This document shows, piece by piece, positions 1-13,858 of a DNA stretch of 45,455 bases. The notes beneath the pieces were generated by a model. It was not told where the DNA came from. It did not search any database and worked only from the letters and a program-made list of their open reading frames with translations. The number at the start of each line of letters is the position of its first letter. Position 1 is the stretch's first letter. The position numbers were made by a program, and so were the translations under genes. The stretch spans positions 1 through 45,455 of the forward strand of contig CALSCO010001249.1 in the NCBI GenBank assembly GCA_943704415.1, given 5' to 3'. The DNA is from Parvularia atlantis (taxonomy: Eukaryota).

Positions 1-36
1 CCCCCCCCCCCCCCCCCCCCCCCGTTGCCGCCGCAC

Positions 37-3000
37 CCGCGCCGACAAAGTTGGCCGGGTTCGGGTCGACGCCGTCAAGCACGGCAAACTGGAACGCGAT
101 CAGCACCTGCGCGCGCGAGATTGAGACGGATTGCACGGTGCGCGCGCACTGGGCCGCCCGCACGTTGCGGATAAAGTCGCCCGTGGCGTTGGCCGAGACG
201 CGGATGTCTTTGATCGTCTCGCGCTGGTTCTCGTTACCGATCTGCTTCCATCGCCCGAAAAAGTCGGTGGCGTTGAGCTGCACAGGCATGACGAAGCGCG
301 CGATCGTCACGGGCAGCCGCACGACGATGCGGCGTGCCCCGCCGCCGCCGAGGATGTACGAGAACGCGACCAGGGGCGCCTGCGCCGCACACGCGCTTGC
401 TCAGCATTCAGCGCGACATGCAGCGCGCCCACATACCTCGGCAAACTCGGCCTCGCAGTTGGCCAGGAGGATGTGCACGTTCTGCGCCGCGGGAGCGATC
501 TGCGCTGGCGCGGCCTGCTGCACCTGGAATGACAGGCCCGCGATCGGCGCGACGCTGACCGCAAAGTTGCCCAGCGGCTGCTGCGACTTGTTGCCGATGT
601 AGAGCGCGATGCGCGCGGCGGTTCCCTGGCGTGGGCGGCGAGTGAGCGACGCGTTCAGCGGCCCGTCGGGGGCGCGCACTTTGTACTCGGACTTGAGGCC
701 GATCTGCACCTGGTCGTCCTCAAACAGCACGCCGTCCGTGCGCACCAGCAGCTGCAAGAACCACTTCTCCGAGCCCGGCGTGACGCCTGCGCCCGTCTGT
801 CAGCACCTCCCCACGCACGGGCCCCGCAGCACGTACCGCCCGCTGCCGGTGACTGCGCCGCTGGCTGCGGCGCGCCCAGGCCGAGCAGGTCCTCGAGCTC
901 GGCCGCCTGCGACTTGGGCGGCGAGGGCTTTGCCGGCGAGCCGTTGCCGAGCAGGTCTGCGGCGGAGTCACCGAGTGCTGCGCGCGTTATAGCGACGGGC
1001 GCACGCACCGTCGACCATGGCCGGCGCCGCGGCGCGCTGCTGCGGCGGCGTGGACGACGACGACGCGGGCGAGGCGCGCTCCATGTTGGGCGACGCGCGT
1101 CTGCGCATTGCGGTCGTGTCAGCAGCGACGCCCCCCCGGGGGGGGGGGGGGGGGGGGGGGGCGATCACGCACGTCTCGGCGCCGCCAAACTGCGTCAGTT
1201 TGGTCTTGGGGCGCTGCGCGCCCTGCTGCTCGCGGTCACGCGGGCGCACGCGCTTGTCGGTCGTATCGCCCTCCTTCTTCATCACGAGCGAGACCTGCGC
1301 CGCGGCCGAGCTCGTCAGCGGCGGCAACGCGGGTGCAGGCGCGGGCTCACCAGTGCCGACTCCTTGCGCTCCTCGAACGGCGGCATCTCCTCGCACACGA
1401 GCTCAAGCAGGTGCGCGGGCGAGCGCGCGATGGCCAGGTACTCGGCCGCGCGCTGCTGCACCTCGACGTCGAGCACCGTCGCGTACTGCTTGAAGACCTG
1501 CTCGACCTGTGCACGCGTGTGCGCGGTCAGTCGCGAAGTGCGAGGGTGCAACGCGCACGCACGTCCTCGCGAATTTCCGGGAACAGGTTAAGCAGCTTGA
1601 TGTAGGACGAGAGCAGGAGCGCGCGCGTGCCGAGGGCGCACACGGGGAACTTGGAGTGCAGCGCGCGGAACTGCTCGCGCGGCGACGAGCCCGGCTGCGC
1701 GACGCGAGGTGTGTCAGCAGCGCACGCGTCCGCACGGCGGCCCGGGGCGCGCCTCGTTGGCGATGTAGTCACCAAACTCGCCCAGGATGTAGCCCGCGAC
1801 CTTGACCGCGGTCTCGTGCCAGGTCGGCGAGTTGAGCGCCTGTCACACGGATGAGCAGACTGCGATGCCCGCCCGCCGCAGCGCACCTGGAACACCGTGC
1901 GCGCCGCGTACGCCTGCAGGTTCGGGTTGTTGATGACGATCTGCACCACGCGGTACCAGACCTCCTCCGACACGTGGTCGCCCGCGCTCGAGATCAGCTG
2001 CAGGATCACGTCGACGTACCTGCCAGCGCGTGAGCGCGCGGCGGCGGCACGGCAGGGTCGATACGAACCACGAGTACTCCGTGGCGAAGCGCTCGGCCAG
2101 GATGGCGATCTTGAGCACGAGCTCCTCGCGGATGGCGTAGTCGGCGATGCCGAGGTAGTTGAGCAACCTGCGTCGCGCGCGCCGGCGTGTCAGTGCGCGG
2201 CCGCGGCGAAATGAAGCGTGCGCGCTCACTCGGCCACGATGCGCTTGCTGTTGGACGAGTCGCACATCGTGTAGAGCAGGTCGAGCGCTTGGCGGCGCAC
2301 CGAGATGTCGCGGTCGCGTAGGGCCTTGCCCATCGGCAGCGGTCAGCGTCCAGGCCGCGGGTGCACGCGCTCGCGCGCTGCGCACCTGCATGATTGTGTC
2401 GGTGTGCTGCTTGATGCCGTCGAGGCTGTCGACCGCTGCGCGTGTGCGCGCACAAGAACGTTCGGCTCCGCAGCACCACTAAGGATGCGCAACGCACCCG
2501 CGGCAAAGTTGGCCATCGTGCCCAGGCCGAGGTAGCGCAGGTTTGACTCCTTGTGCGAGATGAACTTGCCGAGCAGCACCGTGCCGCGCTTGACCAGGTC
2601 CGAGTCCGGGTCGAGGTAGATGGCCAGGTTGAGCGCCTTCCAGTGGCCTCGCACGTGAGCAATCGCGTCGACGTCGCAACCGCGCACCTCAAACACAACC
2701 GCGTTCGCCGCGTTCATCGCGTTAAACGAGCGTGCGACGTCGGACGGCTCGGCCGAGGCCTTGTTGACAATCGTGAACAGGACGCGGTTGATCTGCTGGC
2801 GCAGCGAGTCGTCCGCTGCGTTGTCACGACGGTCAGACGGGCGGGCGTCGTCGGCGGCAGCGGGGGACGCAGCGCACTCGGCGGCGGGTAGTATTGCAGC
2901 AGGCGCAGGAGCTTGACCTGCAGCCACGGGTTGGACACCTGGTAGTATTCGTAGTCGCCCGCGTGCTCGGACGTGAGCTGCTCGAGCGGCGTCAGCGGGG

Positions 3001-4070
3001 AGGGCCGCATGTGCCAGGCCGCGCGGGAACGCACCCGCGCCAGGCGCGCGATCGCCTTGGGCACGCACGCGCGGTACTCGGTCGGGTAGTCCTGGGCCAG
3101 CGCGAGCACGAGCGAGACCGCCGAGGTCACCACGCCCTGGTCGTTCTCGTCCTGTGCAACATCAGCGTTCCGTGCAGCAGGCGCGCCGTCGCCGGCACGC
3201 ACCAGCAGCGCCACGACGCGATCGGCCCAGTCGCTGCCGGGGAGCACGTCCGGGTTCTTGCGGTAGAGGCGCAGCAGGCACAGCGCGGCCTTCTTTTTGA
3301 TCGCGCCCTTCATGCCACTGCGGCGGGCATGAGTGCGCACGCCTTGGGCGCGCGGCGCACGCCACGCACGGCGAAAACAAGAGCTTCTGCACGTCGGGCG
3401 TGAGCGCCTCCGACATCTCGCGGCCGCCGATGGACGCGATGGCCGACAGCGCGAGGCAGATGAAAACCTGCACGAGAGGTCAGCGTGGTTGGCCGCGGGT
3501 GGGCGTGCAGCGTTGCCGCGCCTCGTTGTTGCTCATCAGGTCCTGGCGGATCGAGTTGACGACGATGCGCACGAGCTCGCTCTGCTCCGTCAGCAGCAAG
3601 GTCACGGCGAGGTAGCCCTGCGCACGTGCGCGCGCGGATTGTGAGCCGCACGAACCGCTTCTCGCGCGCGCGCGCGCGCGCCTCGCGACGCACGATCTGC
3701 TTCTCGGTGTAGGTCGTGCCAGTGATGAGCTTGACCGACTCGACATGCCCAAAGTCGACGTCCCAGCCGAGCATGTACATGTACAGGAGCTTGCACACGT
3801 ACTTCTTCTTGTCGTAGCTGCTGAGCTTGCCGTCTGTCGCACACGCGCCTCAGTCACCCCCCAGCACGGCACGGCACCGCGCCGCACCCTTGAAATGCGC
3901 GAGGATGTTGGCCTTCTCCTTGTTGATGCGCTTCTCCTCCTCCTCGCGCGAGCGCGCTGCGGACGGCGTGCGCGGCGTCGCACGCGGTCAAGGGGGGGAG
4001 CGCCGCCGCGCGGATCTCCCGCACCGGCGCGGATGTCGCTGATGAAGACCTGCAGACCGCGCATCGCCAT
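37..4070 (-). CDS. AP2A: AP-2 complex subunit alpha (alpha-adaptin), ~24 introns, 3' end runs off the window
   Basis: Spliced translation [97 protein letters not shown] (ear domain)..[13 protein letters not shown]. Frame is kept across all GT/GC-AG introns. Confidence 0.96.
1138..1161. repeat. Intronic G24 homopolymer (similar tracts at 1-23, 17035-17056, 36945-36963, 45437-45455)
   Basis: Direct inspection; all five tracts lie in predicted introns. Confidence 0.85.
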
Positions 4071-4246
4071 GGCTGCGGGCGGCGGGTGCGGCGGGCGGCG
4101 GGCGGGCGGCGGTGTGGGGCGCGGCTGCGAGGCGCGAGGCGGTCAGCGGGCCGCGCGCTCACGGACAACGGTGGAGGGGCACCGGCAACGAGCGAAACGG
4201 TAATTGTGGCTGATACAGACTGCGCTCAAGTTGTGCTTCTGTTGTT

Positions 4247-6246
<2,000 letters not shown>

Positions 6247-6493
6247 GCGCGTGCGCGCTCGCGCGGTTGCTGTGGCCGTCTGCGGCGCGTGTGTGCGCGA
6301 AGGTGTCAGACGTGTGTCTTTCCCTCTCTGCGAACCGCTGCGTGGCACGGCCACGCTACACCGCAGCGCAGCACCTGCCCAGCCCCGCACCCGCCCAGCC
6401 GCGCGCCCTGCAGCCCGGCCGCGCGCCCGACGCCGAGCCACGCCTGCACGTCCACATTGTGCGTTTACGCGGCGCCGCCTTGCCGAACCCAAC

Positions 6494-8034
6494 ATGCTGG
6501 CGATGCGCCGCGCGCTTTTCTCGACCGCGGCCCGGCGCGTCCCCGCCGCGCTCGTGTACGACACGCACGGCGCGCCCGAGGACGTGCTGCGCGTGCGAGA
6601 GCTCGGCGCGGACGAGCTGCGGCTGCGCGACGCGCACGATGTGCTCGTGGAGGCGCGCACGCGCGGTTTGCGTCCTCCCGGCCGTGCTGACACCACAGCG
6701 CGCCAGATGGTCCTCGCGCCGGTCAACCCAGCCGACATCAACCAGATCCAGGGCGTGTACCCGGTCAAGCCGCAGCTGCCGGCCGTGGTGCATGCTGTCA
6801 CGCTTCGCGGCAGACACGGGCACTCATGCGGCGCCAGGGCGGCAATGAGGGCTTTGGGCGCGTGGCGCAGGTCGGCAGCGGCGTCACAACGCTGCGGCCC
6901 GGCCAGTGGGTCATCCCGTCGCAGGCCGGTGCGCACGATGAGCGCGCTGGGCACCAGGAGCCGAACCGTCCGCAGGGGCAGGCACGTGGCGCACGCACGC
7001 CGTGTTCCGCGCCGAGCACCTCCAGCCGCTCCCGGCCGACATCGCGCCCGAGTTTGCGGCCACCGTGAGCGTCAACCCGTGCACGGCGTACCGCATGCTC
7101 GAGGTGCGGCCGCACTGTGCATGGGCAGGGGCGCGCAGGCTGACGCTGGCCCGTGCGTGCGCAGGACTTTGAGCGTCTCGAGCCCGGCAGCGTCGTGATC
7201 CAGAACGCGGCCAACAGCGGCGTGGGCCTGTCGGTGGTGCAGCTTGCGCGCGCGCGAGGCCTGCATACGATAAACGTCGTGCGGAAGCGGTGCGACTGGG
7301 TGCGGTGCGCACGCGGCGCGCTGACGAATATGCGCACGCACAGGTCCGGGCTGGACGTGCTCGTGCGCGAGCTGACGGCGCTCGGGGCCAGCGCGGTGGT
7401 GACCGATGACGAGCTCGCGGTGACGCCGAGCATGGTCAAGGTGTGTGCGCGTGCCCCGCCACGCGCACGCGACTCACGCACCGCGCACAGCTGATGCAGG
7501 AGCGCGGGTGGGGCGCACCGCGCCTCGCGCTCAACGCGGTCGGCGGCCGCAGTGCGACGGACCTGGCGCGGCTGCTGGCGTGCGTAGAGTCTGTGGCCGC
7601 CCTGCCACCTGAGCGCCCGCGGCGGCTGCAGGCCCGGCGGGACGATGGTCACGTACGGGGCCATGTCGAAGCAGCCCGTGACGGTGCCGAACGCGCTGCT
7701 GATCTTCAAGGCGCACACAAGGGGCGGCACGCGCACGCACAGGGCTGGCTGACGGCGCATGCGGCGCAGGACGTGCGGCTGCGCGGCTTCTGGATGACGC
7801 ACTGGACGTCGACGCACACCGCCGCCCAGCGCGCGGCGATGCTTGAGGAGCTGGCGGCACTGCACCGGTGCGGGGCGCCGGGCCTGCGCGCGCCCGGTCG
7901 CGGCTGAAGCTGGTCGCAGGCGCGGCCTCTTTGCCCTGCCGACGCACGCGCGCCCGCTGGCCGAGTTCCGCGACGCCCTCGCCACCGCACAGCAGCCGCA
8001 TCCGAGCACTAAGCAGCTCCTTAACATGAGTTAG
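6494..8034 (+). CDS. MECR: Mitochondrial trans-2-enoyl-ACP/CoA reductase (MECR/Etr1, mtFAS)
   Basis: Mitochondrial-type presequence [103 protein letters not shown]. 8 introns. Confidence 0.95.
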
Positions 8035-8057
8035 CCAACAGACACTTCCAGAAGAAA

Positions 8058-9689
8058 ATGCTGCACACGTCTCTGCGCCGCTCGGCGTCGACGGCGGCGG
8101 CTGTGCCCGCGCCCGCAGGCCACGCGGCGCTGGTGCGCGACGCGGGTGCAAGGTGGGAGAGCCGCGTGCTCAGCCGCGGCACAGGCGCAGGCCAAGAAGG
8201 GCCGCATCGAGACCGTCATCAAGTACGGGCCCGGCGGCCGCTCGTCCGTCTCGGGCTTGACGGCCACCGTGCGCGCACGCTCCAGCGCGGCCGGCCACGC
8301 TGACCGCAACCGCCCGCACACACAAGGTCTTTGGCAGCACGGGCTTCCTCGGCCGCTACGTCGTCAACCGCTTCGGCCGTGTCGGCTCGCTTGTGCTGTG
8401 CCCGTACCGCGGCGACGAACACGACTGGCGGCACCTGAAGCAGATGGGCGGTGCGCGCTGCGCGCATTGCGGGCGTGCTCGCTCACACGCGACGGCGCGC
8501 CCCCGCAGATCTCGGCCAGATCAACGCGGCCTTTTACAACCCGCGCGACAAGAGCGACATCCAGCGCATGGTCGCCCACTCCAACGTTGTGTTCAACCTG
8601 ATCGGCCGCACATACGAGGTCCGTGCCCGCGTCGCGGCCCCGCCGGCCGTACCCTGACCGGCCGCGCACGCGCACGTGCCGCAGACCAAGAACTTTTCGT
8701 TCGCGGACGTGCACGTGCGCATCCCCACGCTCATCGCCAAGGCCGCGGCCGAGGCCGGCGTGACGCGCCTGATCCACGTCTCGGCCCTGGGCGCGGCCGA
8801 GGACTCGCCCTCGGTCTTCCTGCGCAGCAAGGTCAGTGGGCGCGCGTGCGTCATGAGGACGTAGGTGTTGAGCGGGCGCGGCGCCGCAGTGGGAGGGAGA
8901 GCAAGAGGTGCGCGCGGCCTTCCCCGGCGTGACCATCGTGCGGCCGGCGTCGATATTTGGGCACGAGGGCCGCTTCCTGCACCAGATGGCTTGTGCGTGC
9001 GCCCGTTGCGCCTTGCTTGCCGCTGAGCGCGTCGCACCGCCACGACGCAGACCTGCACTTCCAGCCGCTCGTCTACGGCGACCCGCTCGTTAACGAGGGC
9101 AAGACCGAGTTCCAGCCGGTCTACGTCGCCGACGTCGCCGAGGCGCTCATACGGATAATGAAGGACGGCGAGACTGGCGGCCTGACTTACGAGCTGCTGG
9201 GGTGCGTATGCCGTCGCGTGCAAGAGCGCGCAGGCGTGCTAACCGGGCGCGCGCACACAAAAGGCCCAAGCGCTACGCGTATCTGGACCTGCTCGAGATG
9301 TTTTCAGAGGTGGCCAAGCGCCCGATCAACCCCATCAACTACCCGCCGGCGCTGCTGCGGTGCGCACTATGGTCGCCTGGACAGCGGCTGATGCACGCGA
9401 GGGCGCAGGGGGCTGGTGAACGTGCTCAGCAAGCTGCCGCCGGCGCCCAAGATCTCGCCGGAGGACCTCGTGCGCGTGCGTGTGCCGGCGGCCACAGCGC
9501 CCGTCGTGCGGCTGATCGTGCGCGCAGCTCGAGCTGGACGAGCAGCCGACAAACCAGCCCGGCTTTGATGCGCTGGGGATCGTGCCCGCGACGCTCGAGC
9601 AGCACGCGCTGGACCTGCTGCGGCGCTACCGCTCGGGCGCGTACTACGACGAGCCGGCGGACGCGCGCCTCGCCCGCGAAGAGGACTAG
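8058..9689 (+). CDS. NDUFA9: NADH:ubiquinone oxidoreductase 39/40 kDa subunit (NDUFA9, SDR family)
   Basis: [98 protein letters not shown]. 9 introns. Confidence 0.95.
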
Positions 9690-9760
9690 ACTACTACGGG
9701 GGACGCAGCAGTCTTAGTGAGCCGACTTGTCAGCATGGCCGCGGAGACTGGTTATCATTA

Positions 9761-10275
9761 GTGGCGGTGTGCGGTGCGTGTGAGCGACTGGCGAGGCGCA
9801 CACAAGGCAGGCGAGAGAGTGCGTGACCATGCAGCGCCGGAGGCGGGTAGTGATGGATGGGTAAGTGGCTGTAGGCTCAGTGAACTCAACGGAGAGCCTG
9901 AACGTGCGAGTTCGCAGCGGCGCGGCAGCGGCAGGTGGGAGTCGGAAAGAGAAAGAGGGAGGGGGCAGCGAGCGGAGGAGAAAGCGGTGCGAGCATGCAC
10001 CGCGCAGCAGGTGGCCGATGGACGTCGCGATGAGGCCACGCAGATCGGGTGTGCGCCCGCCCGCGCCGCACCCGCCACACCGTGCCCAGCGGCGCGCCCG
10101 CCGCCTGCCGCCCGTCGTGGCACGCACGCGCACTCCCGTTGAGTTCACCACAGCGTACAGCCACTTACCCACCGAGCACTACCCGCCCTGGCTACACGGT
10201 CTCGCCTGCCTTGCGCGCGCCTCGCCAGTCGCTCACACGCACCGCGCCCCCTCGCCCACCACCGCACACCGCCAC
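9761..10275. repeat. Imperfect long inverted repeat (arms ~9761-9892 and ~10136-10275, ~240 nt spacer)
   Basis: The reverse complement of the right arm (gcggtgcgtgtgagcgactggcgaggcgc..caaggcaggcgaga..gcgggtagtg..tgggtaagtggctgta..gtgaactcaacgg) matches the left arm in long perfect blocks with a few substitutions and indels. Confidence 0.9.
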
Positions 10276-12410
10276 ACTGCGGCCGCACCCGGTATGGCAC
10301 GTGACCCACGCCGCCCGGTCACAACCAAGCAGAACCTCCTCGAGCGCCTTTGCGCGTGTCATTCAGCAGTGCGGTGCGGGCCGTGCCGCGCGGCGGGCCC
10401 ACGGGCCTGACGCGCAGCAGGCGTCGACTATGAGAGCCGGCCGATCATCGTTGTCTCGGCCAGCAACCTGCCCAGCCCGGCTGAGGCAAGCTACAACGAG
10501 CTGCTGCGGTGCGCCCGTCACGCACGTAGTGGGAGGCCTGACAGGCGCGCCCAGGTACATGACGCAGCAGCTGGACCCGGTCGTCGAGAGTGACTACGTC
10601 ATGGTCTTCTTTTACACGGGTATGGTGCACAAGCCGACGTGGTCGTGGATCAAGGAGGCCTACTCAGTGCTCGACCGCAAGTGCGTCCGTCACGCGACCG
10701 CGCCGCCCGTCTCCGCTGACGCACAGGCGGCAGGTACAAGAAGAACCTCAAGGCGATCTACGTCGTGCACCCGACGCTGTGGCACCGCCTGCTGATGAGG
10801 ATCATCGAGGTCTTTGTGAGGTGCCGTCGGACCGCAGCACCATCCTGCGCTCGCGCCTATGCCACGTCGCGCAGCAACAAGGTTGTGCGCAAGATCGTGT
10901 ACATCCACCACCTCGCCGACATCGACAAGCACCTCCCGCTCAAGCAGATCTACGTGCCCGACGCCGTGCTCGAGTGCGTCGCCCGATTGCGCCGTGGTAG
11001 CGCTCGCTCACGGCGCCATCCGCACACAGCTACGAAAAGCAGCGCCGTCCCGCGTCGATCGCCGGCGCGGCGTCGGGCAGTGCGGCGGCGGCGGGCTCGA
11101 CGGCAGCGGCGGCGCTGCCCACGGCGCAGTTTGGCGTCACGCTGGACGTGCGTGCTGGGCCGCGCGCCGGCGCAGCGTCTTACATTACACGTGAACGGCA
11201 GGCGCTCGCGCGCGACGAGGCCGGCGTGCCGCGTTTCGTCTCGCTCCTGACCGAGCACATCCGCAAAGAAGGCCTCGACGTCGAGGGCATCTTCCGACGG
11301 TCGCCCAGCTCGGTGCAGTTGCAGGAGGTTAAGGCGGCGGTGAACCGCGGTGCGTGTGGCGGTGGCAGCCGCTGCGGGTGGCAAGAGCCCAACCGCCCGT
11401 ACAGGCCAGCCCGTCAACCTGGCCGACTACGACATCCACGTTGCGGCCGTGCTGCTCAAGATGTTTCTGCGGGAGCTGCCGTCGACTGTCTTCCCGGAGC
11501 AGCTGCACGAGGCCATCCTGGCGTTGAACTGTGCGCGTTGCTGTGCTCTCCTGCAGGCACGCTCACCCTGCGCGGCAGCGCTCGAGAATGAGGCCGAGCG
11601 GCTTCGTATGACGCCGCGACTGATAGCGTCGCTGCCACCGCTGCACGCGGCGCTGCTGGCCCATCTGCTCGCGTTCCTGCGCGACGTCGCGCGGCACAGC
11701 GATAAGAACCTGATGACGTCACAGAACCTCGCGATCGTGTTTGGGCCCAACGTCGTGCCGTTCTCGGTCGTGACGGCGAGCCAGGTGCGCGCGCCGTTTG
11801 GCTGCGACAGCGTGCTAGGCATCTGATCGCGGCGGGGCCAGGGCGCGGCCGTGAACCTGGTGCGGCGGCTGATCGACCACGACGAGCTCGTCATCTCGTG
11901 GCCGGTGCACGATGCCGCAGCGCTGCCCGTGCACGAGCCTGTGCAAGTGCAGCAGATGACCGAGCCAGTGGCTGTGCGCAAGCCTGTGCCTGTGCATGAG
12001 TTCCTGGCTGTGCACGAGCCTGTGGCTGTGCGCGAGCCGGAGCCAGCGCAGCCGGAGCCAGTGCAGCCAGAGCCAACCCAGCCAACCGAGCCGAGCCAGC
12101 CGGAGCCAGAGCCAACCCAGCTAGAGCCAACCCAGCCAGAGCCAGTGCAGCCAGAGCCAACCCAGCCAGAGCCAGCGCAGCCGGAGCCAGCGCAGCCGGA
12201 GCCAGTCCCGATCGCCGAGATTCGCAAGGCCGCCGCCGTCATGGCCGCCGCCGAGGCCGAGCAGGTGCAGCTGCTGCAGGTGCGCTGGTGTGAGCACGGC
12301 GATCAGGCCTGACGCGCGCGCGCGAGCAGGAGGCGCAGGCGAACGTGGACCGGCTGGCCGACGAGGAGGCGGCGCACGTGTTTGAGGTCGCCGTCGCCGC
12401 GCAGACGCGG

Positions 12411-12444
<34 letters not shown>

Positions 12445-12485
12445 AGGCGCAGGCAGACAGTGCCGCGCCACCGTCGCCCGCGTGA
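9853..12485 (+). CDS. BCH (CRAL-TRIO_2) + RhoGAP protein, ARHGAP1/p50RhoGAP-like, with Pro/Glu-rich tail; start codon tentative (9853 or in-frame 9829)
   Basis: GVDYESRPIIVVSASNLP..DYVMVFF..KPTWSWIKEAYSVLDRKYKKNLKAIYVVHPT (BCH); FGVTL..GLDVEGIFRRS..LLKMFLRELP..NLMTSQNLAIVFGPN (RhoGAP). A first exon ATGGATGG|GTAAGT (phase 2) joins in frame to the exon at 10333. Confidence 0.88.
11929..12210 (+). repeat. Coding tandem repeats (18-nt VHEPVA-like, then 15-nt EP[A/V/T]QP units) in the RhoGAP tail
   Basis: Repeated GAGCCAGyGCAGCCr / GAGCCAACCCAGCCA units translating to QPEPxQPEP. Confidence 0.85.
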
Positions 12486-12509
12486 GCTCACTTTCCATAT
12501 GTTTAAGCG

Positions 12510-13845
12510 ATGTTTGCCGCCCGCAACCGGAGCCTCCAGCTCGCCAGCATGGCCCGCGCGGCCACCGGGGCTGCGGCGCACATGCGGCGAACGCTGTGCG
12601 CCCCGATGCCGTCGGCGGTCGCGGCGCGCGCGATGTCGACCGAGGCGGTCTTGGGGTGCTCGCTGCTCAGCTGGCGCGCGCCCATCTGCGCCGTTGAGCA
12701 GACGTTTCAAGGTGCGTCAGCGGGACGACGTGGCGCGAGCGGCTCCCCCTCATCGTCGCTCGCGCGCAGCGATGCACGACGCGACCGGGCTGCCATGGTG
12801 GGCGACGGTCGTGGTCGGGACGATCGCGCTGCGCAGCCTCATCTTCCCGATCTCGGCCTTCGCGACCATCAACGTCGAGCGGATGTGCGCCGCCGCCGCG
12901 CAGTGCGCTGCGCGCGAGCCGTCGCCGACCACGCGTCCGCGCGCGCAGCCGCGCTCATATGGAGGCGTACCGACACGCGCACTACCAGCTGCTCGTTCAC
13001 CGCATCGCGCGGGCCGAGCCCTTCCTGTATCGCCACGAAGTGCAGCGCCGTGCAAACCGCGAGGCGCGCCTTCTCGCCTCGTGCTCTCGCGCACGTGTGC
13101 GGCTCAGACGCGCCGCCGGTTCAGCTGTGGAGTGACGAGGACAAGACGCGCAGGATGCTCAAGCTGCCCCGGCAGTGGTCAATGCGACTGGCTATCGCGT
13201 CGCAGGTCATCCTGTGGATCTCTGCGACCCTCGCCCTGCGCTCTCTCTGCGGCATGCCGCAGTGGATGGTGCGGCCGACGCCTCTGGATGTGCGTACAAA
13301 CCAGCTTGCAGTGGCCGCCGACTGCCTGACCGCCCCGCCGTGCCCCGCAGCCCGCCCCCGGCCTGACGACCGAGGGCCCGTTCTGGGCAGTCAACCTGGT
13401 CGAGGCCGACCCGACCCTGATTCTGCCAGCGGCCGTCTTTGTCGCATGCGTTGCGGATGGCTTTGTGCGCGCCGCACAGACCACCGCTGCTCCGTTGACG
13501 CGTACGCGACCCGCAGTTGATGCTGTCCGCCGTGCGGCTTCCCGATACCCTGTTCTACCGTGCGCGGCACTTCATGGTGCTGGGTTTCGCGGTGCGTGCA
13601 CGCTCGGTGTCCTGCTGCACTGCCAACCGCGTGCATAGGCGTACCTGGCCAACGTTTCATCCGAGTACCCCGCTCTCCTGGCGATGTTCTGGTCCACAAA
13701 CTCGCTGACCTCGGTCGTGCACACGATCATCATCGCCTCGCCCGGCTTCCGCCGGCTGACCGGCGCTGGCATGACAAATAACGAGCGCGCGGGACCCCTC
13801 ATGCGCATCTTCGGGGCCAACCACGACTCGCGTGGCTCAAAGTGA
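12510..13845 (+). CDS. COX18: Oxa1/YidC-family mitochondrial insertase, COX18-like
   Basis: Arg/Ala/Ser presequence; MHDATGLPWWATVVVGTIALRSLIFPI, QVILWISATLALRSL, LTTEGPFWAVNLVEADPTLILP, FWSTNSL. Oxa1 vs Cox18 is inferred from the lack of a long ribosome-binding tail. Confidence 0.75.
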
Positions 13846-13858
13846 TCGCGTGGCTGTG

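Noticed and set aside
8032..8060. Stop-codon read-through fusing MECR and NDUFA9
   Set aside because: The two ORFs are out of frame.
9840..9960. Spliced-leader RNA gene (short exon + GTAAGT)
   Set aside because: No Sm-binding site and no tandem array. It is better explained as RhoGAP exon 1.
10160..10175. ACTTACC resembling the U1 snRNA 5' end (and TTGCACTCC near 34939)
   Set aside because: No U1 stem-loops or Sm site follow. The first motif is just the antisense copy of the donor in the inverted repeat.
11929..12210. CRISPR-like array
   Set aside because: These are contiguous in-frame coding repeats without unique spacers, in a eukaryotic exon, and there are no cas genes.
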